Assembly (NCBI GenBank): GCA_964016885.1
Contig: OZ024757.1
Span: forward strand, 23,002,001 to 23,066,000
DNA from: Eledone cirrhosa
Lineage: Eukaryota
Length of the DNA stretch: 64,000 bases
Direction: 5' to 3'
The number at the start of each line of letters is the position of its first letter. Position 1 is the stretch's first letter. Of this stretch, positions 52,226 through 64,000 are shown in pieces. Below the pieces are notes generated by a model. The model was not told the DNA's origin. It saw only the letters and a program-made list of their open reading frames with translations, and ran no database searches. Made by a program: the position numbers and the translations under genes.

Positions 52226-52504
52226 TGAGAGAGAGAGATATATGCTGCTACCTGAATGCGTGAGCATGTATGCAGTTGTATGTACATGCAGTGGCTTTGA
52301 AGAATGTCAAAATACATAGATACATTGACACATGCTGCTAAAGACCTGACACACTCTCCTTGCCCTGTGTGACATGTCACAACAACAACAACAACAACAA
52401 CAACTATAACAATAGGATGAGAGAAGGCAGAGTGTTCCAGGAGAAATAAACCAGCTCCAAACAACAACAACATGAAGTAAATGATATAATTGTTTATATA
52501 TATA

Positions 52505-52865
52505 CGTTTGGCACAATGCCAGCAATTACCCAGTACATTACTGGTACTTTATTTTATCGACCCCGTAAGGATGAAGGGCAAAGTTAACCTCGGCGGGATT
52601 TGAACTCAGAACTTAAAGGGCCATAACTCTATGGTGCGCAAAGCATAATAATGATAATAATAATAATTGTTTCTACGTTTGGCACAAGGCCAGCAAATAC
52701 CCAGTACATTACTAGTACTTTATTTTATCGACCCCGCCCCCCGCCCACGTAAGGATGAAGGGCAAAGTTAACCTCGGCGGGATTTGAACTCAGATCGTAA
52801 AGGGCTGTAACTCTATGCTAGAAAGCATGGCGTCCGACCCTCCACCGATACTGCGCCAATCCAAT
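52505..52865 (-). mobile_element. Two SINE A copies
   Basis: Reverse-complement consensus match. Confidence 0.85.
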
Positions 52866-53769
52866 GATATAATGGTGTAAATGACTACAGAATGTTCAAA
52901 TGGAAATATCTAATATAGTTAATATAAAGCTGACTTCCTACATTGTCACGAGACCTTTTGATTGGTTGACCAGTGGCGGGATTTGAACCCAGATCGTAAA
53001 GGGCCGTAACTCTATGCTAGAAAGCATGGCGTCCGACCCTCCACCGATACTGCGCCAATCCAATGATATAATGGTGTAAATGACTACAGAATGTTCAGAG
53101 GGAAATATCTAATATAGTTAATATAAAGCTGACTTCCTACATTGTCACGAGACCTTTTGATTGGTTGACCAGCGGCGGGATTTGAACTCAGATCGTAAAG
53201 GGCCGTAACTCTATGCTAGAAAGCATGGCGTCCGACCCTCCACCGATACTGCGCCAATCCAATGATATAATGGTGTAAATGACTACAGAATGTTCAGAGG
53301 GAAATATCTAATATAGTTAATATAAAGCTGACTTCCTATATTGTCACGAGACCTTTTGATTGGTTGACCAGCGGCGGGATTTGAACTCAGATCGTAAAGG
53401 GCCGTAACTCTATGCTAGAAAGCATGGCGTCCGACCCTCCACCGATACTGCGCCAATCCAATGATATAATGGTGTAAATGACTACAGAATGTTCCAATGG
53501 AAATTTCTAATATAGTTAATATAAAGCTGACTTCCTACATTGTCACGAGACCTTTTGATTGGTTGACCAGCGGCGGGATTTGAACCCAGATCGTAAAGGG
53601 CCGTAACTCTATGCTAGAAAGCATGGCGTCCGACCCTCCACCGATACTGCGCCAATCCAATGATATAATGGTGTAAATGACTACAGAATGTTCCAATGGA
53701 AATTTCTAATATAGTTAATATAAAGCTGACTTCCTACATTGTCACGAGACCTTTTGATTGGTTGACCAG
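52776..53769. repeat. 199-bp tandem repeat, 5 copies (SINE A head plus unique flank)
   Basis: GGCGGGATTTGAAC occurs at 52776, 52975, 53174, 53373 and 53572. Confidence 0.93.
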
Positions 53770-53957
53770 ATGGAAACTAGATTGGCTGACATTTGTATAT
53801 TTATCAAAAGTTTTCAGGACATTTAGAATATATATGAGAGAGAAAGGTCACTACAAAGTATTGAAAGAGGGTCACAGGCTTGGCTCTACACCAGATAACC
53901 TCTGTAGTCATTGCTATTGTAAGGCAGGTGACAATGATAACACATCTTGGTGTTGAA

Positions 53958-54250
53958 TGGGGAGGAGGGGGGGGGGGGTGTAGGGGAGGAGGAGGTGTAG
54001 GGATGGGGAGGTGTAGGGAGGAGGAGGTGTAGGGGAGGATGTGTAGGGAGGTGTAGGGGAGGAGGATGTGTAGGGAGGTGTAGGGGAGGTGGATGTGTAG
54101 GGAGGTGTAGGGGAGGAGAAGGAGGAGGATGGATGTAGGGGAGGAGGAGGTGTAAGAGAGTTTTAGAGAGGAGGAGGGGTGTAGGGGAGGTGTGATGGAA
54201 GAGGAGGTGTGGGAAGGAAGAGGAGGTGTGGGGAGGAGAAGGAAGAGGTG
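53958..54250. repeat. G-rich (GGAGGTGTAGGG)-type low-complexity tract
   Basis: Direct reading. Confidence 0.85.
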
Positions 54251-54297
54251 ACAGTGAAATGTATTTAGTTTGTGTATGTTTAGCATTTATCTATATT

Positions 54298-54364
54298 GTC
54301 ATCATCAACAACAGCATCATCATCATCATCATCACCGTCATCATCATCATCCTCATCATCATCC

Positions 54365-54396
<32 letters not shown>

Positions 54397-54742
54397 GTCG
54401 TCGTCATCATCACCGTCATCATCATCATCATCATCACCATCATTGTCTTCATCATCACCGTCATCACCATCATCATCACCATCATTGTCATCATCATCAC
54501 CGTCATCATCACTGTCATCATCTTTTCCATTATCATCACTGTCATCCTTCTCCTCCGGATCATCATCATCATCATCATCTCCATCATTATCATCACTAAT
54601 ATCATCATCACCATTGTCATCACCATTGTCATCACCATCATCCTCCCCATCATCACCATCAGCAGCATCTTTCCATCACCACCATCACTGCCACCATCAC
54701 CACCACCATCACTGCCACCATCACCACCACCATCATCATCAT
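54298..54742. repeat. (CAT/CAC)n trinucleotide tract followed by a CA-rich tract to about 55190
   Basis: Direct reading; source of the poly-I/H/S ORFs. Confidence 0.92.
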
Positions 54743-55623
54743 ACACATGCATGCAAACAAGCACATGCATTCACATGTGCACACAGACATACACAACAGA
54801 CACACATATATGCACACAAGCATACACAAACACACATGCAGACACACACACACACATGTATATATATGCACACAAGCATACACAAACACACATGCAGGCA
54901 GACACACAATCATACGCAGACACACTCACACTAACATGGGGGACACATATGCAAACACACACACAAACCCACAGAGGCACACTCATACACAAATACATGT
55001 ATTCACACAAGCACATGCATACACATTCACAAAGACACACACTCACACACACATGCATAATTACACACATGCATAATTACACACATGCCCAAACATACAC
55101 ATGCCCAAACATACACATACATGGATACCCATACATGGATACACATACATGGATACACACATCCGCACTCACTGACACACACAAGAACACACTTTCATAG
55201 TAAAAAACATTTTAGTGTGGAAGTGAATTCCTCCATACATTCAATATAAAAATATAAAAAATTATGAACAGAGATAAAATATAAATAAATATAAAAAAAA
55301 TAAAGAAATACACAAAAAAATAATAAATATATAAAAAAAAATAATAAATATAAATAACAAAAATATAAGGATTAGGGCTTACATGGTGTAAAACGTTTGA
55401 GGGATGTCGAAACATTTATGTCTCAGATGGATTGTGAGGTTTGCGAAAATGTTGCTGTGAGCATTTCTGGCTACAGAAACAACAGGAAACATTAATGCCC
55501 TTTTACTTTTTGTGATTATATTCAGTGTTTATTGAGATTGTAACTTAATGTTGATTATCAAGTTCATATTTCATATGAAGCTCGACAACAGTTAAATATT
55601 TCTTTACATGTTCTCTTTTTATT

Positions 55624-55655
<32 letters not shown>

Positions 55656-55673
55656 CATTATTATATATTTACA

Positions 55674-55711
<38 letters not shown>

Positions 55712-55767
55712 CATATATGCACAGACAGACAGGCACATACACACGTACATATATATGTATATATATA

Positions 55768-55815
<48 letters not shown>

Positions 55816-55908
55816 CATATGCACAGACAAACACATACACACACACATACATACATGCACAGACAAACACATACACACACATATATATACACACACACAT
55901 ACATACAA

Positions 55909-55955
<47 letters not shown>

Positions 55956-56596
55956 CATATGCACAGACAAACACATACACACACACATATATATACACAC
56001 ACACACATACATACATACATATGTGTGTATATATATATATACATACATAAATATATATAGGCTCTTCTTCCTATTTCAAATCATTCCATTCCAATCATGC
56101 TTTCTGGTGCTAAAGATTTGTTATCAGACATCATCTTTCCATGTATCTTTTTTCTTTCTTTCTTTCTTTCCTTTTCTATTCTTTATTTACAAATTATTAT
56201 ATTTTTGACAATATTTTTTCATCAGATGTATTTCCTTTCCTAAACCTTCAAAACTTCTTCCAATATTTTTTCTTCATTTTATCAGTTTTCTACATATTCA
56301 TTTTCCCATTTTCTCTATCTTCTCTCTATTTATTTATCCTTACATCATATATTGTTTATTTATTTATTGTTTTATTTGGCCCCCTATATCAATCTTTCAG
56401 AAATATTCCTTCCACCAACTCTTCTTCCCACATTCCACATTCTGTTATCACTTCTTTCCCCCTATGAAGAATTTCCTGTTGCTCTTTTACAACCACCATA
56501 CAACCAAATCTTTGCCTATCTCATAGAGCTATCAAATCTTGCTTTTTCTTTTACACTTCTATCAACATCATATATATATATATATATATATATTTA

Positions 56597-56674
56597 CAGG
56601 CTGTCCCCCAAAACGTATACACACTTCAACAGCATTCTAATAAAAGTGTGTATACATTGTTTTGGGACACCCTG
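56597..56674. mobile_element. 78-bp Tc1/mariner-type MITE (TA TSD)
   Basis: TA-CAGGCTGTCCCCCAAAACGTATACACACTT ... AAGTGTGTATACATTGTTTTGGGACACCCTG-TA. Confidence 0.78.
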
Positions 56675-56781
56675 TATATATGTATATTTATTTCTTTATA
56701 ATAACAGACTTTGTTATTCATTCATCTCTCTTTGTTTTATTATTATTATTTTTAGAATAATAATAACAATAATAATAATTA

Positions 56782-56815
<34 letters not shown>

Positions 56816-57326
56816 CATAACTATTATCGTTATTTATTTAATACTTTATATTTTTTCTGGATAGATTTGGCACTATTGCATCTATTTTCTTACTAGCTGA
56901 TTTGTTTAGGGAAAAAAATTATCCGTTGAAAGGATGTAGATGAATTTATTCTTGAATGCTCCGATAGAAATAACACAACATAGTATTGATTTGAGATGTC
57001 CACAGAAACCTTTACCATTGGCAAATCACTGACAACAGGGCACAAGTCTTAAACACACTAGTTTTGAGATAACACTGAGAAAATACGTGATTTCTAATTC
57101 AACATTCAAATATTGATTTTGAAGATTTCTTCCAAAGATGGAAATATTATAGAAATACATAAAATATTGTTAAAAGTACGACAAAACCTTTAAGGGAAAT
57201 GTTTATTATGTCTTTAAATAATATATGTATATATATTATTCAAAGACCAAAGGAGGTTTTACCTTTTACTCTATATGTGTGTGTGTATATATATATATAT
57301 ATATACATACATATATATATATATAT

Positions 57327-57395
<69 letters not shown>

Positions 57396-57749
57396 TATAT
57401 ACATACATATATATCTACACGTACATACATATATATATAAAATATGAAGTGTGTTTAGCGTACCAAAATATATATAATAGAATATATATATATATATATA
57501 TAAAAGCAAAACTGCACATCCCAAAAAAAGAAAGAAATATGTGGGATGAATGAACAAAAATATTCCAGCTTCCCAACTTCCTCAACAGCCACACCCTGGA
57601 AAATGCAATTTTGTGCATAATTGTGCTATTGCATAATGGGTTAGAACAAGGCAGGGGAAAGATGAATATGAAACAAAGCAACAACATAGAGAGAGAGGAC
57701 AAGTGAATATCTTACAGCTATGACAGCAAAGGGAGAACATAAATAAATA

Positions 57750-57966
57750 AGAATGGTTTCTGATTTAGGTACAAGATCACCAATTTTAGGGGAGGGGAAA
57801 GTCGATTAAATCGATCCTAGTGTATTACTGGTGCCTTATTTTATTGACCTCATTAAGGACAAAAGACAAAGCTATCCTCGGCAGGATTTGAACTCAGAAT
57901 ATAAGGGATGTAACTGTATGCTGCAAAGCATGATGTCCGATGTTCTACCAATACTGCCAGTCCACT
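57750..57966 (-). mobile_element. SINE family A (older subtype)
   Basis: Reverse-complement consensus match. Confidence 0.8.
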
Positions 57967-58087
57967 ATCTTTATAATAGAATATTGCCTATAATTAGTAT
58001 TGTTTATTTATTTCAGAAACTATGGTTGGGGAACTAGATGTGTAAAACTGACTTATTGAGTTGGTCTAGCTTATATAACCTCCAAAT

Positions 58088-58160
<73 letters not shown>

Positions 58161-58419
58161 TATATCGAGCTATCTGCCGGCGAAACAATTGTAACGCAAT
58201 AAACTGAGTCTAGATGCATCACTGATTTTTCGTTTTATATTATCTCACACTCTGCTCTGTAAGAACAGAGTGCTCAACTGGCATACCACCTATGGAAGCA
58301 CCATAGCTACCATTAAACACACACACATATATATATATATATATATCATCATCATTATCATCATCATTGTTTAACGTCCATCTTCCACGCTAGCATGAGT
58401 TAGACTATATATATATAAA

Positions 58420-58758
58420 AACACACAGTCCACGCTGTAATGTGGCCGTGTAGGCAACACGGTAAAAACCTCCCAGCCCCACACTGTAAATGTGGTTGGT
58501 GTTAGGAAGGGCATCCAGCTGTAGAAAACCCGCCAGACAGTCCACGCTGTAATGTGGCTGTGTAGGCAACACGGTAAAAACCTCCCAGCCCCACACTGTA
58601 AATGTGGTTGGTGTTAGGAAGGTCATCCAGCTGTAGAAAACCTGCCAGACAGTCCTATGCGAGCAAGACAATCACTCATGCCTCAAGTGGGAAAACCCCC
58701 ATCCAAACCCATGCAAGCATGGAACACGGACGTTAAACATTGATGATGATGATGATGA
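58420..58758 (+). mobile_element. RTE 3'UTR/SINE-tail fragment with an internal ~112-bp duplication
   Basis: Reverse complement of 29640-29875; ACAGTCCACGCTGTAATGTGG occurs twice; (GAT)n tail. Confidence 0.78.
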
Positions 58759-58946
58759 TATATAATAACATGCATCTCTAATTAAAAACACACCCAACGC
58801 TCTACAGTAAAACTAAATGTGTGCATCTGAACAGATGATTGCAGCTGCATAATTGCAATTCACTAGATTTGTTGAGTAAGTTAGACGCTGGCCGAAGAGC
58901 ACTATATTTATACCAGTGGTCTTCGTTTATATTGTTATATATATAT

Positions 58947-59300
58947 ATCATCATCATCACCGTTTTACGTCCGTTCTTCCACGCTAGCAGGAGTTTGACA
59001 GGTTGTCCTGTTGTGGACAGTGGCCGGTCGGCTGACCTTGTCTTGCTCATACGGGAACAGATTCTGGCTTGATGCCCTTCCTAACACCAACCTCATTTAC
59101 AGTGAGTGCTGGGTGCTTTTTGTTCCGTGGCACTTACACGACCACTTTACAGTGTGGGCTGGGTGCTTTTTTGCCGTGGCACCTCCACGACCACTTTGCA
59201 GTGGAATGATAGGGATCCCAGCCCCTATCATCTCATTTCTACAGCTGAGTAAACTGGAGCAATGTGAAATAAAGTGTCTTGGTCAAGGAAACAACACATA
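58947..59300 (-). mobile_element. SINE family B variant, headless, with two 49-bp units
   Basis: Family B consensus match. Confidence 0.85.
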
Positions 59301-59360
59301 TTTACCAGCCTGTCGCAGCTGGGCACACCTCAATAAGATACACCTCTTATATATATATAT

Positions 59361-59420
<60 letters not shown>

Positions 59421-59880
59421 GAAAATAGATAAATATATGTGAGCAAGAAGCCAACAGTAATTCATAATATATAAGTGACTATTACGTCAAGATGGAAAAT
59501 ATTTAACGTAAGATATGGGAAAATAATTCAATCTCAATTCAAAAAAAGTCAAGACAGAAATTTTATCCACAGATTTTGTGTAATCCAGGGAAAAAAAATC
59601 AATAGAGTCTTAACTCAGAATAAAATTAAGGGTAAATACTTATCCTTCAATTTGGAAAAATCTACAAATGCTCTATATAGTCTTAAAAAGACTATTTCAC
59701 AAAACTTTTCAGTGGGGTTAGTCACGGTTGGAGTTGTTCACCAGTAGACCTCAAACACGATAACCAAAATCTACTGCTATATATATATATATATATAACG
59801 AAGGAAATGTGGAAATTCTTATTTGGTCCAGAATTAGCCGTTGAAACGGCTTGAGCTCTGCCGTCAGGGTCATACTTGTT

Positions 59881-59961
<81 letters not shown>

Positions 59962-60262
59962 ACATGTATATATATATAATATACATATATGTATATACAT
60001 GTATATATATATATATATATTCATGTATATATATATACATGTATATATATATATACATGTATATATATATATATACATGTATATATATATATATACATGT
60101 ATATATATCATCATCATCATCGTTTAACGTCCATTTTCCACGCTAGCATGGGTTAGAATATATATATATATATATATATCCTTGCAAGCAGGCAGAAGCG
60201 GACGTAAAATGATGATGATGATATATATATATATATACATGTATATACATATATATATGTAT

Positions 60263-60950
60263 ATACAGCAGCACAGACTCCACTACAGCAATGAAGAGGC
60301 GGATTTTCAGGTCTTTACGAAGGTCCAAGTTCCACACCGATCTCAAGCTGTGGCACGCCGCCCAGGCCTTGCTCTTCCTCTCAACCACATCATCTTCCGT
60401 ATTCCCAATCTTTGCTCCCAAATACAGGAAGTCCTCAACCAATTCCAGCGGCTTCCCGCCTACATTAGTGATCCCCTCTGGCTTCTCAACATTCTCTACC
60501 AGATATTTTGTTTTAGTCTCATTCATTCTCAGCCCCACACTCATCGACACACTCTCAACCTCCCGCATCAAATCCTCTGCCTCCTTCACTGTATTTGTCA
60601 CCAAAACTATGTTGTCGGCAAATTCAGCATCCGATACCTTTTTCGCCCCAACTCTCCTGCTCTGAGCCGGTGCTACAGTAAAGTCAGCTCAAAAGTGACA
60701 CAGAGGAGACTGAGGTTGGCTGGACATGCTCACCGACATCCAGAGTTGACATTGCACTCAGTGCTCCTTTGGGAGCCCCTACATGGACACACTAGAAAAG
60801 GAAGACCAAGGTTAACATATGTTGATGCCCTAAGGACAGACACTGGTCTGTTGGAGATGCAGGATATGGCAGCGATAATGAGGGACAGAGACCGCTGGGG
60901 AGAACTCGTTCATGGATCTCGGGAATTTTACCCGCCTTAGATAGATAGAT
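60263..60950 (+). mobile_element. RTE-like LINE with 5' inversion
   Basis: 60263-60660 on - encodes DAEFADNIVLVTNT...GLRMNETKTK...DFLYLG...FIAVVESVLLY. 60672-60940 on + encodes RRLRLAGHAHRH...GRPRLTYVD...DRDRW and a stop, followed by an (AGAT)n tail. Confidence 0.88.
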
Positions 60951-61050
60951 ATGTATATACATATATACACACATGTATATACATATATACACACATGTAT
61001 ATACATATATGTATATACATATATGTATATATATTTGTATATATATATGT

Positions 61051-61180
61051 TTATTTCTGAAGACAGCATATATATGTGAAGGTATGTATATTTCCTCTGA
61101 TAGTTTGTAATATTTTTACATAGATCTATATGATATACATACCAACACACACATATATCCTAGAAATGATCGTAAAATGA
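61051..61180 (+). ncRNA. Type I hammerhead with extended stem II (family 3, diverged copy)
   Basis: TTATTT-CTGAAGA-...GGTATGTATAT/ATATACATACC...-GAAA-TGATCG-TA-AAATGA. Confidence 0.6.
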
Positions 61181-61348
61181 TGAATTTTTTAATATAAGGA
61201 ACTTGTTCTTTGTTTTTATTCATTGTTTTTATTAATTTATGTTTATATATATATGTTTATATATATATGTTTATATATATATGTTTATATATAGTAATAA
61301 TAATAAAATTGAAGACTAAAATCCAAAGAGGGCTCGATTGACTTTGTT

Positions 61349-61399
61349 AGTTTCAGAAGATCCCGTTAAGGGTGAAAGCAGCGATTCTTTGCTTAAACT
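61349..61399 (+). ncRNA. Type I hammerhead motif (family 4), one core substitution
   Basis: AGTTT-CAGAAGA-T-CCC GTTAA GGG-T-GAAA-GCA GCGATTCTT TGC-TT-AAACT. Its 3' half recurs on - at 11099-11130. Confidence 0.55.
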
Positions 61400-61648
61400 T
61401 TAATCTGTTATTTTAATAAATATGTTTATATATATATAGGTATATACATATATTGGTTACCATCAGGGCTGCAGGTGTACCATGGGCCCAGCACTATGTG
61501 TCAATAATTGTCACAAGTGTAGTGTTTGTACCAGAGTTTTCAAGTCGCTGGCTGGACTAAAAAGTCACACTCGTTCAGCGCATCGGTAGGGGTTCTCCTA
61601 CATGGATATAAAGTAGTGGCCGTACTCGAAAACGAGTTGGCAGCCACC

Positions 61649-61685
<37 letters not shown>

Positions 61686-61756
61686 AATATATATATACAT
61701 TTCGTTTCTGAATTTGTTTAGCAAGATTCTTTATCTGAAATCGTGTGTTGAAACCG

Positions 61757-61842
61757 ATATTGTTATACTTTGGGAGGGTCATGTTGCCAATAAGGCATCC
61801 ACACACAATTGGCAACATGACCCTCCCAAAGTATAACAATAT
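61757..61842. repeat. 35-bp-arm inverted repeat (terminus of the family-2 hammerhead element)
   Basis: ATATTGTTATACTTTGGGAGGGTCATGTTGCCAAT and its perfect inverse; the same arm occurs at about 11249-11283. Confidence 0.85.
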
Positions 61843-62264
61843 ATATATATATATACAAATGTATGTATATATTCACACACTAAAAGGAATTAAAAACTAT
61901 AAAAATATCCTGAGTATCAAGGAAATGTGTATTTATGATCATTAAATCTGATGTTGGGTGATATAGAAGTAAAAATATGTTTTAGGTTCAACATCGATAT
62001 AGAGATTGTTGGTAATATATGTAAGAAATATTTACTAAATAGCCTTCCACATCAGATATTTACAAAGTATTCCTTCGACAATGAATGGCTAAACCTATAT
62101 TCTTCTATTCCATTAATGACTGACACAAACTGTCCAATATGAATGAAAGAGATAAGAACCAGTTATTACTGATCAAGCAGCCTTTCTAAACTCTGGTTTT
62201 TACATGTCACTAAAAGGACTAGATCCTCAAACCTCTTGCTCACCCACACACACTCTCTTTATAT

Positions 62265-62735
62265 ATGTGTGTGTGTGTGATTGAGTGTGTGGATGTGTGT
62301 GTTTGTGTGTGTGTGTGTGTTTGTGTGTACGTGTGTAGGTTTGTGTGAGTGTGTGTGGGAGTGTGTGTTTGTGTTTGAATGTGTGTTTGTGTGTTTGTGT
62401 GTGTGTGTGAATGTGAGTGTGCGTGTGAGTGTGTTTGTGTGTGTGTATGTGTTTTTGTGTGTGTGTGTGTTTGAGTGTGTGTGTGTTTGAATGTGTGTAT
62501 GTGTGTGTGTGTGTTTGAGTGTGTGTGTGTGTGTGTTTGAGTGTGTGTGTGTGTGTTTGAGTGTGTGTGTGATTGAGTGTGTGGATGTGTGTGTTTGTGT
62601 GTGTGTGTTTGTGTGTACATGTGTAGGTTTGTGAGAGTGTGTGTTTGTGTTTGAATGTGTGTTTGTGTGTGTGTGTGTGTGTGAGTTTGAGTGTGTGTGT
62701 GCGTGTGAGTGTGTTTGAGTGTGTGTATGTGTGTT

Positions 62736-62791
<56 letters not shown>

Positions 62792-62900
62792 AGTGTGTGT
62801 GTGTGTTTGAGTGTGTGTGTGTTTGAGTGTGTGTGTGAGTGTTTGAGTGTGTGTGTGAGTATGTGTGTGTGTTTGAGTGTGTGAGTGTGTGTGTTTGAGT

Positions 62901-62942
<42 letters not shown>

Positions 62943-63100
62943 GTGTGTGTGTCTGTGTATTTCTATGTGTTAGTGTCTATGTGTGAGTGCGTGTTTGTGT
63001 ATGTGTATTTCTATGTGTGTGTGAGTGTGTTTCTATGTGTGTTTTTATGTATGTGTTTTTATGTGTGTGTGTTTTTTTATGTGTGTGTGTGTGATTGTTT
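62265..63100. repeat. (GT)n-rich satellite
   Basis: Direct reading. Confidence 0.95.
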
Positions 63101-63164
63101 GTGAGCTGAATGTTTTGTTATACGTCTCAAATATAATTAACAATACTGAAAGGTCCTTTCAACT

Positions 63165-63208
63165 ATGATTTGTATTTGTGTATATACATACACACGCACA
63201 ATACACAC

Positions 63209-63244
<36 letters not shown>

Positions 63245-63300
63245 ATACATATATATATATATATATACATATAAATATGATGATGATGATATATATATTT

Positions 63301-63343
<43 letters not shown>

Positions 63344-63481
63344 TATATATATATATATATATATATATGCATATACATACCTATATACACACACACATAT
63401 TCTTACATACTATTGACCCATGAAAATACCTGGGAAAATGGACATTAAAGCAACAATGGAAATAACGACAATTGTGAGGCT

Positions 63482-63513
<32 letters not shown>

Positions 63514-63621
63514 TTACACACATATATTATATATATATATAAGCACAAACATATATATAGATATATGTATCTATATAGAATGATAAAAGTATTTATATGT
63601 ATATATATATATATATGTATA

Positions 63622-63673
<52 letters not shown>

Positions 63674-63901
63674 TATATCATCATCGTCACCGTTTTACGT
63701 CCGTTCTTCCACGCTAGCATGGGTTATATATACATATATAAATATATATATATTTATATATATAAATATAAATATATATAAATATTTATATATATAAATA
63801 TAAATATATATATATTTATATATATATATATTTATATATATAAATATGAATATATATATATATATAAATATGAATATATATATATATATATATAAATATG
63901 A

Positions 63902-63932
<31 letters not shown>

Positions 63933-64000
63933 ATATAAATATATATATATTTATATATATAAATATAAATATATATATATAAATATAAATATATATATAT
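63165..64000. repeat. (TA)n/(TAAA)n microsatellites with short SINE/LINE tail stubs
   Basis: Direct reading; a tail stub lies at 63677-63725. Confidence 0.9.

Noticed and set aside
54226-55200. Poly-Ile/His/Ser 'membrane' ORFs (also poly-Val at 22091-22435 and 2457-2849)
   Set aside because: These are trinucleotide microsatellites.

Overview
Eukaryotic, AT-rich, repeat-saturated DNA. The mix of tRNA-derived SINEs, RTE LINEs, Penelope-like elements and (TA)n/(CA)n/(ATC)n tracts points to a coleoid cephalopod (Octopus-like) intron or intergenic region; the taxon is inferred. No host protein-coding gene can be supported, and almost all ORF-track entries are microsatellite translations. The real coding remnants are all mobile: a frameshifted RTE LINE (29636-32485, -), an uninterrupted 5'-truncated Penelope-like RT/GIY-YIG frame (45042-46160, -), a 5'-inverted RTE (60263-60950), and smaller RTE, L1/Tx1 and CR1-like pieces. 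There are three SINE families, small TIR MITEs, and several minisatellites amplified from inside TEs. The main unannotated signal is a set of about a dozen type I hammerhead ribozyme motifs from about 8-9 unrelated sequence families, read by eye. Most sit in short non-coding inserts in (TA)n tracts, often as fold-back palindromes. One family has an unusually long (~115 nt) stem II and occurs in three copies. All coordinates were read by eye and may be off by a few bases.
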